Shown: positions 37,771 through 48,568 of the stretch, in pieces | How the letters are laid out: the number at the start of each line of letters is the position of its first letter | Position numbering within the stretch: the first letter of the stretch is position 1 | NCBI GenBank assembly: GCA_965203555.1 | Contig: CBDBCY010000004.1 | Location: 1,184,001-1,248,000 of the forward strand | DNA: 64,000 nucleotides | DNA from: Acidimicrobiia bacterium | GTDB lineage: Bacteria; Actinomycetota; Acidimicrobiia; Spongiisociales; ZC4RG35 | Direction of reading: 5' to 3' | Program-made: the position numbers and the translations under genes | The notes under the pieces: model-generated | Told to the model about the DNA's origin: nothing | Databases searched by the model: none | What the model saw: the letters and a program-made list of their open reading frames with translations, nothing else

Positions 37771-38856
37771 ATGCCTAAGAACCGACTACGAATTGCCATC
37801 GCTGTCATCATCGCTTTCTCGATGCTGGCGGCAGCCTGCGGCGAGGAGGAGCCCGCGCCTACCACCGCTGCTCCCACGACTGCAGCGCCCACCACCACCG
37901 CGGCGCCCACCACCACGGCGGCGCCCGAGGAAGCACCCATCCGGATCGGACTGGTGATTCCGGACTTCACACAGAACGAATTGATCCTGGCTCTGAAGAC
38001 CGGCGCAGAAGACGCCGCCGCCGACTATGGCGTCGAACTGCTGGTGACGGGTAGCGGTAGCGCCCAGGATCTGGTGGCAGCAATCGAGAACTATGCGGCG
38101 GCGGGTGTTGACGTGATCGTTTATGACACCATCGACGCCCAGGCCCTGGCGCCTGCGATTCTCGCCCTCAATGAACAAGGCATTCCGGTGGTGTGCACGG
38201 TGGCCTGTGCTTCCGAGGGAGTCAGCGCCATCGAGATAGGTTACGACTATCGGGCTGACATGGGCCGACCACTCGGTGATTGGCTGGCCGCTTATGAACC
38301 CCGCCCGGCGAAGCTTGCCTTCATCGACTCCAACCAGGCTGATGAATCGATTGCCGCCATATACGCGGGAGTCGAAGATGGCCTGGAAGCCGGTGGACTG
38401 ACCGACGTGGAAAGGGTTGTTTCCCCGCCCACCAACTGGGACCGCGCAGCGGGTCTCGACGCAGCCAGGTCTTTGCTGACCGCCCATCCGGATGTGGACA
38501 TCATCGTCGGATTGCATGACCTGCTGGCCGGAGCGACGCTCACCGCCATGGAAGAGCTGGGATACAAGGAGACCACCTTGACCGGTCTCGGTGGCACCTG
38601 CGAAGGGTTGATGAACATTCTCGAGGGCCGCCAGGCGCTCACGGTGATCCAACCGCTCTATCCGGCCGGTTACCTGGCTGTCGAGGCGGCCGTGGAGATT
38701 GCCATGGGAGAGACGCACGACGTGGACTTCATCCCGATCGGAATGGTGGTCGTCGACAAGGCGTTCGCCGAAGGTGTGCTGGACGGTTCGGAAGAACCCG
38801 TGCAGAGCGGTGTCGATCTCAAGACGGCACTGGAAGCCGCCGCGGCGGGCTGCTAA
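37771..38856 (+). CDS. RbsB-like ABC substrate-binding lipoprotein
   Basis: Lipobox AAAC, TTAAP linker, IGLVIPD, NWDRAAG, HPDVD. Confidence 0.9.
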   Translation: MPKNRLRIAIAVIIAFSMLAAACGEEEPAPTTAAPTTAAPTTTAAPTTTAAPEEAPIRIGLVIPDFTQNELILALKTGAEDAAADYGVELLVTGSGSAQDLVAAIENYAAAGVDVIVYDTIDAQALAPAILALNEQGIPVVCTVACASEGVSAIEIGYDYRADMGRPLGDWLAAYEPRPAKLAFIDSNQADESIAAIYAGVEDGLEAGGLTDVERVVSPPTNWDRAAGLDAARSLLTAHPDVDIIVGLHDLLAGATLTAMEELGYKETTLTGLGGTCEGLMNILEGRQALTVIQPLYPAGYLAVEAAVEIAMGETHDVDFIPIGMVVVDKAFAEGVLDGSEEPVQSGVDLKTALEAAAAGC

Positions 38857-38887
38857 ACACGGCAAACCTATAACCAATCAATAAAGA

Positions 38888-38932
38888 TGGCGCCCTCCTA
38901 CCAATCCAAGAGGATGCGGTGGGAGGGCGCCA
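38888..38932 (+). terminator. Long stem-loop after the binding-protein gene
   Basis: tggcgccctcctacc...ggtgggagggcgcca followed by ctgccttt. Confidence 0.65.
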
Positions 38933-39003
38933 CTGCCTTTACCCTGCATTGATTAGAGTCGCCAACGTACCAAGAAACGGTTTGAAAGGTCTGCGGGTTT
39001 TTC

Positions 39004-40032
39004 GTGGTTGACACAGATCACACTACGCAAGCAAACAAGAAACGGTCCCCCAGGGTGCGACTTGGCTTGAATAGATATCGGCAACTGCTGGCGCTCCTGG
39101 TCGCCGTTCTACTCCTTTGGACCGTCCTGAGTTTTTCCAGTCCGTACTTCATGACGGTGCAGAACCTGACCAATATCGCCCTTCAGAGTTCGGTGGTGGG
39201 GATCATGGCGATCGGGTTCACCATCTTGTTGATCGGGGGAGAGATCGACTTGGCGATCGGTTCCACCCAGGCCCTGGCCGGGACCATGGCTGCCCTGCTC
39301 ATCATCCAACGCGAACTGCCGATCTGGGCCGGGGTACTGATAGTGCTGGCCATGGGTCTGATCGTGGGCAATGTGAACGGATACTTTTCTCTGTTCACCA
39401 AGGTCCCGTCCTTCATCGTGACCCTGGCGATGCTGGGAGTACTGCAGGGTCTTGCCTTCGTGATGACCAGCGGACAAACAATTGGCGGATTCCCGGAGGC
39501 GTTCAAGGTACTTGGTCACGGTCGAGTGGGTGTGATCCCGTTGCCGGTAATCATCTTCTTTTCCGTGACCGTGCTCGTCCAATTGGTGCTGAGCCAGACC
39601 CGATACGGCGTGGAACTGTACGCCACCGGTGGTAATCGAGAGGCGGCCAGCCTGGTGGGTATCAGTGTGAGGAGAGTCCTGATGCTGGCCTTCATCGCCA
39701 GTTCGATGCTGTGCACACTGGCGGGGCTGGTGCTGAGCGCCCGATTGAACGCCGGCCACGGGTCATTTGGATCGGAGTCACTGCTCGACGCGGTGGCGGC
39801 AGTGATAATCGGAGGGACATCGCTCAATGGCGGCGCCGGCAACACGTTTGGGACGCTTCTGGGAATCATCCTGATCAGCACCATCAAGAACGGCCTGATC
39901 CTGCTGGGGGTGGACCCGTTCTGGCAGCAGGTGGCGGTCGGTGCTCTGATCCTGGCAGCAGTCCTGGTGGACAAGACGATCAAAGGCGAACTGGCCCTGG
40001 CAGACCTGCTGCCGAGGGTGAGGAAGCGCTGA
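39004..40032 (+). CDS. RbsC-like ABC permease
   Basis: GEIDLAIGS, VPSFIVTL, ATGGNREAA, AAVIIGGTSLNGG. Confidence 0.93.
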   Translation: MVDTDHTTQANKKRSPRVRLGLNRYRQLLALLVAVLLLWTVLSFSSPYFMTVQNLTNIALQSSVVGIMAIGFTILLIGGEIDLAIGSTQALAGTMAALLIIQRELPIWAGVLIVLAMGLIVGNVNGYFSLFTKVPSFIVTLAMLGVLQGLAFVMTSGQTIGGFPEAFKVLGHGRVGVIPLPVIIFFSVTVLVQLVLSQTRYGVELYATGGNREAASLVGISVRRVLMLAFIASSMLCTLAGLVLSARLNAGHGSFGSESLLDAVAAVIIGGTSLNGGAGNTFGTLLGIILISTIKNGLILLGVDPFWQQVAVGALILAAVLVDKTIKGELALADLLPRVRKR

Positions 40033-40819
40033 TGGCTTCTCCTTCACAGAGCATGAACGGACCCAACGGTGGTGCTGGAACGGAAAGAACTCCCCCGCCG
40101 GTTATGGTGGCCAGAGGCGTCCACAAGTCCTTCGGCCAGGTACGCGCTCTCATCAACGCCACGTTCCAGGTCGAAGAGGGAGAGACGGTGGCGATCGTTG
40201 GTGACAACGGCGCCGGGAAGTCCACCCTGGTCAAGATTCTGACCGGAGCCGTGATACCGGACACCGGTTCTCTGGCGCTGGACGGAAGAGAGGTGGTGTT
40301 CCGCACCACCCGGGACTCCTTGCAGTTGGGAGTGACCGCCGTCTATCAGAACCTGGCGCTGGCCGACAACATGACCGTGGCGGAAAACGTGTTTCTGGGT
40401 CGGGTCCCCACCAGATGGCTGCGGGTGGATCGCCGGCGGATGGAACGGGAATCGGCGGAACTGCTTGACTCGCTGGCAATCAATGTGCCTGATGTCAGGG
40501 CGACCGGACCGCCGTGTTGTCGGGTGGACAGCGGCAGGCCGTCGCCATCGCCCGCGCCTTCCGATCCGGTCGAAGGCTGATGATCCTGGACGAACCGACC
40601 GCGGCGCTGGGAGTCCAGGAGGGCCAGAAGGTCCTCGACATCATCGAAGGTCTGAAGGGACAGAGAGTCTCGATCATCGTGGTCAGCCACAACCTCGACC
40701 ATGTGTTCCGGGTGGCCGATCGAATCGTGGTGATGAGAGGAGGCCGGATAGTGGGTTCACGTGCAAAGGAAGAAACGACAACCGACGACATCGTCCATCT
40801 GATAGTGGGAACCCGCTAG
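40032..40819 (+). pseudogene. Single-domain sugar ABC ATPase, frameshifted near 40497-40510 (real or sequence error)
   Basis: GDNGAGKST is in one frame; LSGGQRQ and LDEPT are in another. Confidence 0.85.
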
Positions 40820-40860
40820 GGGGCGCAGAGGTCGGCGGTCGAGAACGCTCGGGGGAACAA

Positions 40861-42416
40861 ATGAATCGATTTGAACGCAATCGCCAGACGGTCCGGCCTC
40901 CCTCAACCGTCGACATCGAAGAAACAGCGGCTCTGGACGGGATCGAACTCGCCGACTCGGAGGCCGAGGACCTGTCGGGCATCATCACCGCCCTGGTGAT
41001 GGCGGCCGGGGAGGCCGACCGGTTCCAGCCGCCGGCTGTATCCACCTTTGCGACTTCCCGCGATGCCGGTCGGCGGCCGTCTGCGAGAGCGAGGACCCGC
41101 TGAACGCCTTCATCCGGATGTGCGAAGTGGCGGGCGCCGAGGATGGCCCCCTGGCCGGTTGGCGCCTGGGTGTGAAGGACAACATCGCGGTGGCCGGCGT
41201 GCCGATGACCAACGGATCCGCCCTGACCCCGTTCACCCCCACGTTGGACTCGGTGGTCGTCGAGAGGATCCTCAAAGCGGGGGGCTCGATCGTGGGGACG
41301 CTCAACATGGACGACCACGGTGGAGGAGCAACGGGGGTGATGAGCGCCTTCGGTCCGGCGAGGAACCCGCTCGACCCGTCGCGAACCGCGGGAGGGTCTT
41401 CGGGAGGGGCGGGCTCCGCGGTTGCCTCGGGCGCGGTCGACGCGGCTCTGGGAGTGGACCAGGGGGGCAGCGGGCGCATACCCGCCGCGTGCTGCGGGGT
41501 GGCGACCATCAAGGCCACTCACGGCCTGATCCCCACCTTCGGGGTGACCCCGATAGACCACTCGATCGACTACGTAACGCCCCTCGCCCGTTCGGTGCGG
41601 GAAGTCGCCATCCTGTTGGAGGTGATCGCCGGAGACGACTGGCGTGACCCCCAGGGGATCCACATTCCCATCGAGATCCCCGAGTACCGGCGGGCCGAGG
41701 AAGACGGCGTCTCGGGGCTGCGGGTAGCGGTGATCGAAGAGAGCATCACAGGTGTCGAATGCGAACCGGTGGTGGTCGAGACGATCGATGAGGCGGTCGG
41801 CGCACTTGAGCAGGCCGGCGCGCATGTTGAGCGGATCTCGGCGCCAATGTGGAGCGACGCCTCTGCCATATTCGGCCCGTACGTGGCTCACCTGGTGGGC
41901 AACATGGTGCGGACCGAGGGCGGCAGCCACGGTCACATGGGATACATCGATGCCGACCGGATGCATGCCTTCGCCACCGGCAGGCGCGCCCAGTCCAGAG
42001 AGTTGAACCCCTACGTCAAGTGCTGGACCATCGCCAGCAGGTATCTGATGGAGCGGTACATGAACGTCCCGTTCGGGCGGTTGCACAATGCGCGGCTGGA
42101 GTCGCGCCGAGGCATCAGCGAGCTCCTGGATGCCTGGGACCTGCTGATCACGCCGACCATCCCCTTTGTGGCGCCCAAGTTGCCTGCGGTCCCCACTCCC
42201 CTGCCAGACCTGTTGGCGGACTCGAAAGCCTCGGTGGCGTTCAACACCTCACCGCTCAACATGTCCGGCCATCCGGCGGCGGCGGTGCCCGGTCTTTACG
42301 ACGCCGACGGCCTGCCCGCCTCGGTGCAGATCGTTGCCTCCCACTTCGACGAGTACACGGCGTTGCGGGCCGCGTTCGTGCTGGAGGACTACTTCTCGGG
42401 GCGCAAGCCCCAATAG
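40861..42416 (+). pseudogene. Amidase-signature enzyme, frameshifted near 41085-41090 (real or sequence error)
   Basis: VKDNI, AGGSSGG, GVDQGGSGRIP; the N-terminus MNRFE...GRRPS is in a different frame from EDPLNAF. Confidence 0.85.
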
Positions 42417-42426
42417 GTGTGACGCT

Positions 42427-43761
42427 ATGACCGCCGGGAGGTCCCTCGAACGACGGGCCCTCGACCATCTGTGGATTCACGAGAGCCCCCGATCCGAATT
42501 CGTGGATCACGACATGCTCAGGGTCTTCGAACGGGGCGAGGGCCCGTGGCTGTGGGACACCCGCGGTGATCGCTACTTCGACCTCTGCTCGTCGATGTGG
42601 CAGACGCCGCTGGGGCATGGTCGCCAGGACATCCCCGCGGCGATGGCCGAGCAGGCCCGCAGGGTCGCCACGGCCGGGCCGATCTTCTTCACAACCCGGG
42701 GAGCGGTGGAACTTGCCGAGCGGCTTGCCGCCTCGGCGCCGGGGGATATGCAACACTCGTTCCTAACCAGTTCCGGCTCGGAGGCCACCGAGACCGCCCT
42801 CAAGCTGGCTCGCCAGTATCACCGCATGCGGGGCGATCACCATCGCTACAAGGTGATATCCCGCTACGGGTCGTATCACGGCGCCGGTGCGGGAGGCCTG
42901 GCCATGTCGGGTCGCCGGCACCGCGATTCGGTGTACTACCCCCTGATGCCGGGAGGAGTCCACGTCATGCCGCCCACGGGAGTCTCGGACCTTCAGTACG
43001 CCGAGCAGATCCGGGACGTGATCGAACTGGAGGGACCTGAGACGGTGGCGGCGGTGATCGGCGAGCCGGTGGCGATCACCGAGTTCCGGATCCCGGACGA
43101 GACGTACTGGCCGCGGGTGAGAGAGATATGTGACGAGTACGGCGTGCTGCTGATCATCGACGAGACGCTGGTGGGGTGCTGTCGGAGCGGGCGGATGTGG
43201 GGAATCGAGCACTGGAACGTCGTGCCGGATGTGATGGTGGTGGCCAAGGCATTGAGCGGCGGATACGCACCCGCGGCTGCGATGATCGTCCGAGAGCACG
43301 TCTTCGCGGCGTTCGGGCACGACACGGGCTCTCCCTCGGTCCAGAGTTACGGGGGTCACGGCGCCACCGCCGCGGCGGCCGCCAAGGCCATGGAGATCTA
43401 CATGGACGGGCGAATGGACCGGGTGGCGGAGTCGCTGGGTTTGGAGCTATTCGAGATGCTGAGCGGGGTCAGGGAGTTTCCGATCGTGGGAGACATGCGC
43501 CGCTTCGGTCTGTGGGTCGGAATCGAACTCGTCAATCCAACGACGGGAGAGTCCTACGCAACGGGGATCCGCGGCACGTTCGAAGTGGCCAGGGAACTCA
43601 GCCGGCGATTGTTGCGGCTCGGCTGTGCCGCCGCCCGGATGTCAGAGGGCATCCTGCACGTGGCCCCTCCCTATGTTTCCACCAGCGAAGACCTGGAATT
43701 CGCCACCGAGGCGGTGGTTTCCGTGCTGGACGAAATCTCCGATAAGCTATCCAAAGGCTGA
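42427..43761 (+). CDS. Class III (omega) aminotransferase
   Basis: ERGEGPWLWD, SGSEATETALK, SYHG, IIDET, AKALSGGY. Confidence 0.92.
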   Translation: MTAGRSLERRALDHLWIHESPRSEFVDHDMLRVFERGEGPWLWDTRGDRYFDLCSSMWQTPLGHGRQDIPAAMAEQARRVATAGPIFFTTRGAVELAERLAASAPGDMQHSFLTSSGSEATETALKLARQYHRMRGDHHRYKVISRYGSYHGAGAGGLAMSGRRHRDSVYYPLMPGGVHVMPPTGVSDLQYAEQIRDVIELEGPETVAAVIGEPVAITEFRIPDETYWPRVREICDEYGVLLIIDETLVGCCRSGRMWGIEHWNVVPDVMVVAKALSGGYAPAAAMIVREHVFAAFGHDTGSPSVQSYGGHGATAAAAAKAMEIYMDGRMDRVAESLGLELFEMLSGVREFPIVGDMRRFGLWVGIELVNPTTGESYATGIRGTFEVARELSRRLLRLGCAAARMSEGILHVAPPYVSTSEDLEFATEAVVSVLDEISDKLSKG

Positions 43762-43791
43762 TAGATAGAGGAAACGAAGGGGACAACGAGC

Positions 43792-44466
43792 GTGCAGCAC
43801 AACTGGACGATTGAACAGCGCATCACCAAGGAATTAAGGGACCTCATAGTCGCAGGGGAACTCGAACCGGGCATCAGGGTGCGATACCGGGATCTCGCCA
43901 AACAGTTCGGAGTCAGCGTCACGCCGGTTCGCGCCGCTCTGCGGGAACTGGCACACGAGGGCCTGATCGACGCCCGCCCCAACGCCGCCAACTACGTGTC
44001 GCCGCTGTCACTTGATGAGGTCGAACAGTTGTACCTGACCAGGATGGGATTCGAATCGTGGCTGGCTCAACTGGGCGCGCCCCGGTTGTCGAGTCGGTCC
44101 CTCCGTCTGATGGAGCAGAAACTGAAGAGGTTCGAGACGGCCGCGGAAAAGCGGGACAGCGAAGGCTTGGTGGATGTCGCATGGAAGATGCGGTTGGTCT
44201 GCTATGAAGCAGCCGATCGTCCCGGCCTGCTGCAAAAGGCGGCGGAGCTTTACGACCGCTCGCGGCGCTATACCCATCGGACACTGATGGTCGCCTCCCG
44301 TCACGATGAGTCCAGTGCGGTGGCCAAAGCCTTTTATGGCGCCTGTCTGGAACACAACGGCGATCTGGCGGCGGAGATCATCCGGAAGGCCCTCGAGGTG
44401 ACCTTCCTGGATCTGAACGCTATCATCGCCTCCTCTCTCGACGGGCGATTCCCGGTTTCGGCCTAA
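43792..44466 (+). CDS. GntR-family (FCD) transcriptional regulator
   Basis: LAKQFGVSVTPVRAALRELAHEGLI HTH. Confidence 0.92.
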   Translation: MQHNWTIEQRITKELRDLIVAGELEPGIRVRYRDLAKQFGVSVTPVRAALRELAHEGLIDARPNAANYVSPLSLDEVEQLYLTRMGFESWLAQLGAPRLSSRSLRLMEQKLKRFETAAEKRDSEGLVDVAWKMRLVCYEAADRPGLLQKAAELYDRSRRYTHRTLMVASRHDESSAVAKAFYGACLEHNGDLAAEIIRKALEVTFLDLNAIIASSLDGRFPVSA

Positions 44467-44718
44467 CCGCAGAAGCGTCCTTCGCCGCTCTGCGCGGCGC
44501 CAGTTTCCGACCACGCCTCGTGCGGCAGGCCATTACGACGCTGGCTCAGTCGAGTTGAGAACCACCGGCCGAACAGGGGACCCAGGGCGCCATCGCTTGG
44601 TCCCTCGGGCTCCGGAGTAGCAGTACAAGGCGTGTAGGGCCGGTCGGCACGCCTGGATTTAGGGACAAGAGATGAGCGATCGTCCGGTTCGCCGGCCGAT
44701 GGTCCGAGGGCTGTCGGG

Positions 44719-45102
44719 CTAGACCTGGTAGAGGTGGATCAGGTTTCCACAGGTGTCGTCGAGGACGGCCTGGATGATTCCCCCTGCGGTTGTCGGTTCC
44801 ATTGTGAACCTCACACCGAGTTGGCTCAATCGTTCGAACTCTGCCTGGACGTCTTCTGTGGCGAACGACGCCTGGGCTATTCCCTGTTCGTAGATTGCCT
44901 GCTGGTAGGTGCTGGCCACGGGGTTGTCGTTGGGTTCCAGAAGCAGTTCGACGTCATCGGGTCCATCGGGGGAGACCACGGTCAACCACTTGAACTCCCC
45001 CGCTGGGAAGTCCTGCTTCTTGACGAAGCCGAGAATCTCGGTGTAGAACCTCAGTGCCTTGTCCTGGTCGTTCACGAACACACTGGTGAGGTTGATTCTC
45101 AT
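44719..45102 (-). CDS. VOC/glyoxalase family protein
   Basis: VNDQDKALRFYTEILGF, DDTCGNLI. Confidence 0.92.
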   Translation of the reverse strand: MRINLTSVFVNDQDKALRFYTEILGFVKKQDFPAGEFKWLTVVSPDGPDDVELLLEPNDNPVASTYQQAIYEQGIAQASFATEDVQAEFERLSQLGVRFTMEPTTAGGIIQAVLDDTCGNLIHLYQV

Positions 45103-45253
45103 TGTCGCCCTCTGCCTTCTCTTTGAGTTGTCCGATGTGCGGGCCGCCGTGAGCACACGTCGGCCACCCGGTGTCAAATGCTAATGCCGACCGATTTGGC
45201 GGCGGGACCCTGGTCGTTAATGTCGCGGCTAGGAAAGCCACCAACCGGACGAG

Positions 45254-46768
45254 ATGAAGAGACGAGCGATCGGGGCCATCGACCAGGGAACGACCAGTAG
45301 CCGGTTCATGATCTTCGATCAAGCCGGTGGGGTGGTCGCATCCGCACAGCGGGAGTTCCCTCAGATCCTCCCCCGGCCGGGTTGGGTCGAACATGATCCC
45401 TCGGACATCCTCGAGAGCGTGGAGGCGGTGGTTGGCGAGGCGCTCGACTCGGCGGGAATGACTGCCCGGGAACTGGCGGCGGTGGGGATCGCCAACCAGC
45501 GGGAGACCACTCTGGTGTGGGACCGCACCAACGGCAGGCCCCTGGCCAATGCGATCGTATGGCAGGACACCCGGACCGACCGGATCTGTGAGAAGTTGGC
45601 CCGCGACGGAGGCATCGATCGGTTCCGGGAGCGGACCGGGCTTCCCCTGGCCACCTACTTCAGCGGGCCGAAGGCGGCCTGGCTGCTGGAGAACGCCGAG
45701 GGCGTGGCGGAGAAGGCGGCTCGTGGGGAGGCGGCCATGGGCACCGTGGACTCCTGGCTGGTGTGGAACCTGACCGGCGCAGTGGACGGAGGGAAGCATG
45801 TGACCGATGTCACCAACGCCTCTCGGACCCTGCTGATGGACCTCGACACCCTCGACTGGAGCGACGACCTGTTGGGAGCGATGGGAATACCCCGCTCGAT
45901 GATGGGCGAGGTGCTCCCCTCGATCGGCAGGGTGGGGATCGGAACCGGGGTCCTAGAGGGGGTTCCCATCTCGACGATTCTGGGAGACCAGCAGGCCGCG
46001 CTGTTCGGTCAGACGTGTTTCGAGCCCGGTGAGGCCAAGAACACCTATGGGACCGGGTGTTTCATGCTGATGAACACCGGAACCCGCAAGGTGCCTTCCA
46101 TCCACGGACTGCTGACCACGGTGGGCTACCAGGTCGCCGGGTCCGATCCGGTGTACGCGCTGGAGGGGTCGGTGGCTGTCACGGGTTCTCTGGTGCAGTG
46201 GCTTCGGGACAACCTGGAGATGATCTCCTCGGCGGAGGAGGTTGAGGGGTTGGCGGCCTCGGTCCCGGACAACGGCGACGTCTACTTCGTTCCGGCATTC
46301 TCCGGTCTGTTCGCTCCCCATTGGCGGGCGGACGCCCGGGGAGTGATCACCGGCCTCACCCGGTTCGCCAACCGGGGGCACATCGCCCGGGCGGTGCTGG
46401 AGGCCACCGCCTACCAGACGCGGGAGGTACTCGAGGCGATGAAAGCCGACTCGGGAGTGGCGCTGACCGAGTTGCGAGTGGACGGGGGGATGGTGGCCAA
46501 CAGCCTGCTCATGCAGTTCCAGTCGGACATCCTAGACGTGGAGGTGGTGTGTCCCCGGGTGAGCGAGACCACCGCCCTGGGCGCCGCCTACGGTGCCGGG
46601 CTGGCCGAGAGATTCTGGACCAACCTCGACGATCTGCGCCGCAACTGGCAGGAGGACCGCCGCTGGTCGCCCCGGATGTCGGAAGAAAACCGGGAAACCC
46701 GGTACGCCCGGTGGCAGAAGGCCGTTACTCGCTCCCTGGGGTGGACCGGAGAAGGTTCAGCGAGATAG
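45254..46768 (+). CDS. glpK: Glycerol kinase
   Basis: [48 protein letters not shown]. Confidence 0.96.
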   Translation: MKRRAIGAIDQGTTSSRFMIFDQAGGVVASAQREFPQILPRPGWVEHDPSDILESVEAVVGEALDSAGMTARELAAVGIANQRETTLVWDRTNGRPLANAIVWQDTRTDRICEKLARDGGIDRFRERTGLPLATYFSGPKAAWLLENAEGVAEKAARGEAAMGTVDSWLVWNLTGAVDGGKHVTDVTNASRTLLMDLDTLDWSDDLLGAMGIPRSMMGEVLPSIGRVGIGTGVLEGVPISTILGDQQAALFGQTCFEPGEAKNTYGTGCFMLMNTGTRKVPSIHGLLTTVGYQVAGSDPVYALEGSVAVTGSLVQWLRDNLEMISSAEEVEGLAASVPDNGDVYFVPAFSGLFAPHWRADARGVITGLTRFANRGHIARAVLEATAYQTREVLEAMKADSGVALTELRVDGGMVANSLLMQFQSDILDVEVVCPRVSETTALGAAYGAGLAERFWTNLDDLRRNWQEDRRWSPRMSEENRETRYARWQKAVTRSLGWTGEGSAR

Positions 46769-46864
46769 ACCCTTGACTACGTCGGGATCGCGCCTACCGT
46801 CGTTCCCTGTCCACAGCCATCTACCAGCGGCCATTCCAGGTTGGCCTTTAAACATGCTGGCCCT

Positions 46865-47269
46865 TCAGGCCGTCGATGAAGGTCCGTTCGATCCCAATCT
46901 GCGCATTATCGCATTAACTACCGGCACCACAATACCTAGGCTCCCAAAAGCGATGCCGGTAGGGGGATGTCCCAAGATCATCGCCACCAGGGCGACCATA
47001 AGCGCCATGTATGTCACGAGTCCACCCAACAACATGCCAGTTCGCAGACGTCGCTCTTTCGCGGTGTTAGCTTGAATTCGTGCGCCTTGCTCTGTTTGAG
47101 CCATTTGGAGTATCGTCATGGCTGATCCAGGTAAGACATTCTCATAACCCTCGAGATCCTCTGGAGCAGGAATAGGCCCGATCCAATGCCTCTCTACACT
47201 CTGAATCTCTGCGACTTAGGGGTCGGGGGTGGTAGACGGCTGATCTGAAGGCGTCTCAGATAGAGTCAA
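46865..47269 (-). pseudogene. DUF2335-like membrane protein with an in-frame TAA at 47216-47218
   Basis: Reading upstream of the ORF-track start gives WIGPIPAPEDLEGYENVLPGSAMTILQMAQTEQ; TTG start at 47269 overlaps the upstream stop. Confidence 0.7.
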
Positions 47270-47535
47270 TGTTCAATAGTCTCCAAGGACTTCACAGCAT
47301 TGAAGAAGTATTGGCCAACATTGACCCAGTCCCCACGAAGCGCAACAGCATCAGCACGGAAGCCGTTAGGACCAAATAGCATTTCTGCATCTTCATCAGT
47401 TTCGATCCACAGGACCGCCTCCGCAGCCCCATCCAGATAATCATCCATACGATGCCGCCATTGACAAGCAGCAGGTTTGTACACACGGGTGAGTCTCCTC
47501 CGCAACTTCTCCCGTCCTTGCTGTTGTCGGCTCAT
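47266..47535 (-). CDS. Small hypothetical protein coupled to the DUF2335-like gene
   Basis: C-terminal DAVALRGDWVNVG motif; low GC; start uncertain. Confidence 0.55.
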   Translation of the reverse strand: MSRQQQGREKLRRRLTRVYKPAACQWRHRMDDYLDGAAEAVLWIETDEDAEMLFGPNGFRADAVALRGDWVNVGQYFFNAVKSLETIEH

Positions 47536-47731
47536 ACCTTCGAGAGTAGGAAACTACAAAAATGTAAGTTCAAGTTGATTGGGGCTTACTCCAGTCTAGG
47601 CTCTACCGATCCCAAAGAAGAGGTTTCCGCGCCATGAATCGTTCGCTGGAGGAGGACGTCGATTCAAGACCACTAGGAAGGGAGAGCAGCATTCATTATG
47701 CTCTCCTAGCTGCGCTGATCGTAGGAGTACC

Positions 47732-48526
47732 GTGCCGCTGGACTTTCCTGACATCTCAAGGAACCTGTTCGACCTGAGCGGGTATTGCAGCGTGGTGACC
47801 GGCGCCGGCCAGGGCATCGGTCTGTCCCTCTCGAAGGGCCTGGCGCATGCGGGAAGCGACCTGGTGCTGGTCGACATGAACGCCGAGACCCTGGAGAGCG
47901 CCGCGCGGGAGATCGGCGAGATCGGCCCCGGGGTTTCGACCGTCCATGCGGATGTAACCGCGGAAGACACGCCGGAGAGAATCGTCCGGGCCGCGCTGGC
48001 ACTGAGCGGTCGGATCGACGTGCTGGTCAACAACGCCGGGATCATGGGGTACTCGGACATGCTGGACGTCACCGACGAGCAGTGGGACCGCATGTACGGG
48101 ATCAACCTGCGGGCGCCGATGCGGATCATGCGGGCGGTCTTGGGGGAGATGAGCCGGGCGGGCCGGGGAAGCGTGATCAACATCGGGAGTTCCTGGTCGT
48201 CCCGGGCCTCGATCTTCAACCAGGACGGGGGTGGAGTGGACTACTGCTCGGCCAAGGCGGCGTTGCAGGCTCTCAGCCGGGCCGCCGCCCAGGATGTGGC
48301 GCCCTACGGCGTGCGGGTGAACGCCATCGCTCCGGGAGCGGTGGACACACCCATGCACGCCCACCATCGCGAATACCTCTTCTCCTATGAGAAGTACATC
48401 CCGATCGGACGGATGCAGGTGGCAGAAGACCTGGTGGGGCCGGTGATCTTCCTGGCGTCGGACGCCGGCGCGTATGTGACCGGCCAGACCATCCATGTCA
48501 ACGGCGGGATCCTGATGGTCGACTGA
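47732..48526 (+). CDS. Short-chain dehydrogenase/reductase
   Basis: TGAGQGIG, NNAG, YCSAK, VNAIAPG. Confidence 0.93.
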   Translation: MPLDFPDISRNLFDLSGYCSVVTGAGQGIGLSLSKGLAHAGSDLVLVDMNAETLESAAREIGEIGPGVSTVHADVTAEDTPERIVRAALALSGRIDVLVNNAGIMGYSDMLDVTDEQWDRMYGINLRAPMRIMRAVLGEMSRAGRGSVINIGSSWSSRASIFNQDGGGVDYCSAKAALQALSRAAAQDVAPYGVRVNAIAPGAVDTPMHAHHREYLFSYEKYIPIGRMQVAEDLVGPVIFLASDAGAYVTGQTIHVNGGILMVD

Positions 48527-48568
48527 TAATCTCTGCGGTTGGTACCCGTCACTGACCAGGAGGTTTGA

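Noticed and set aside
37858-37927. TTAAP tandem repeats as a contingency locus
   Set aside because: An imperfect, in-frame flexible linker like those on the other lipoproteins here
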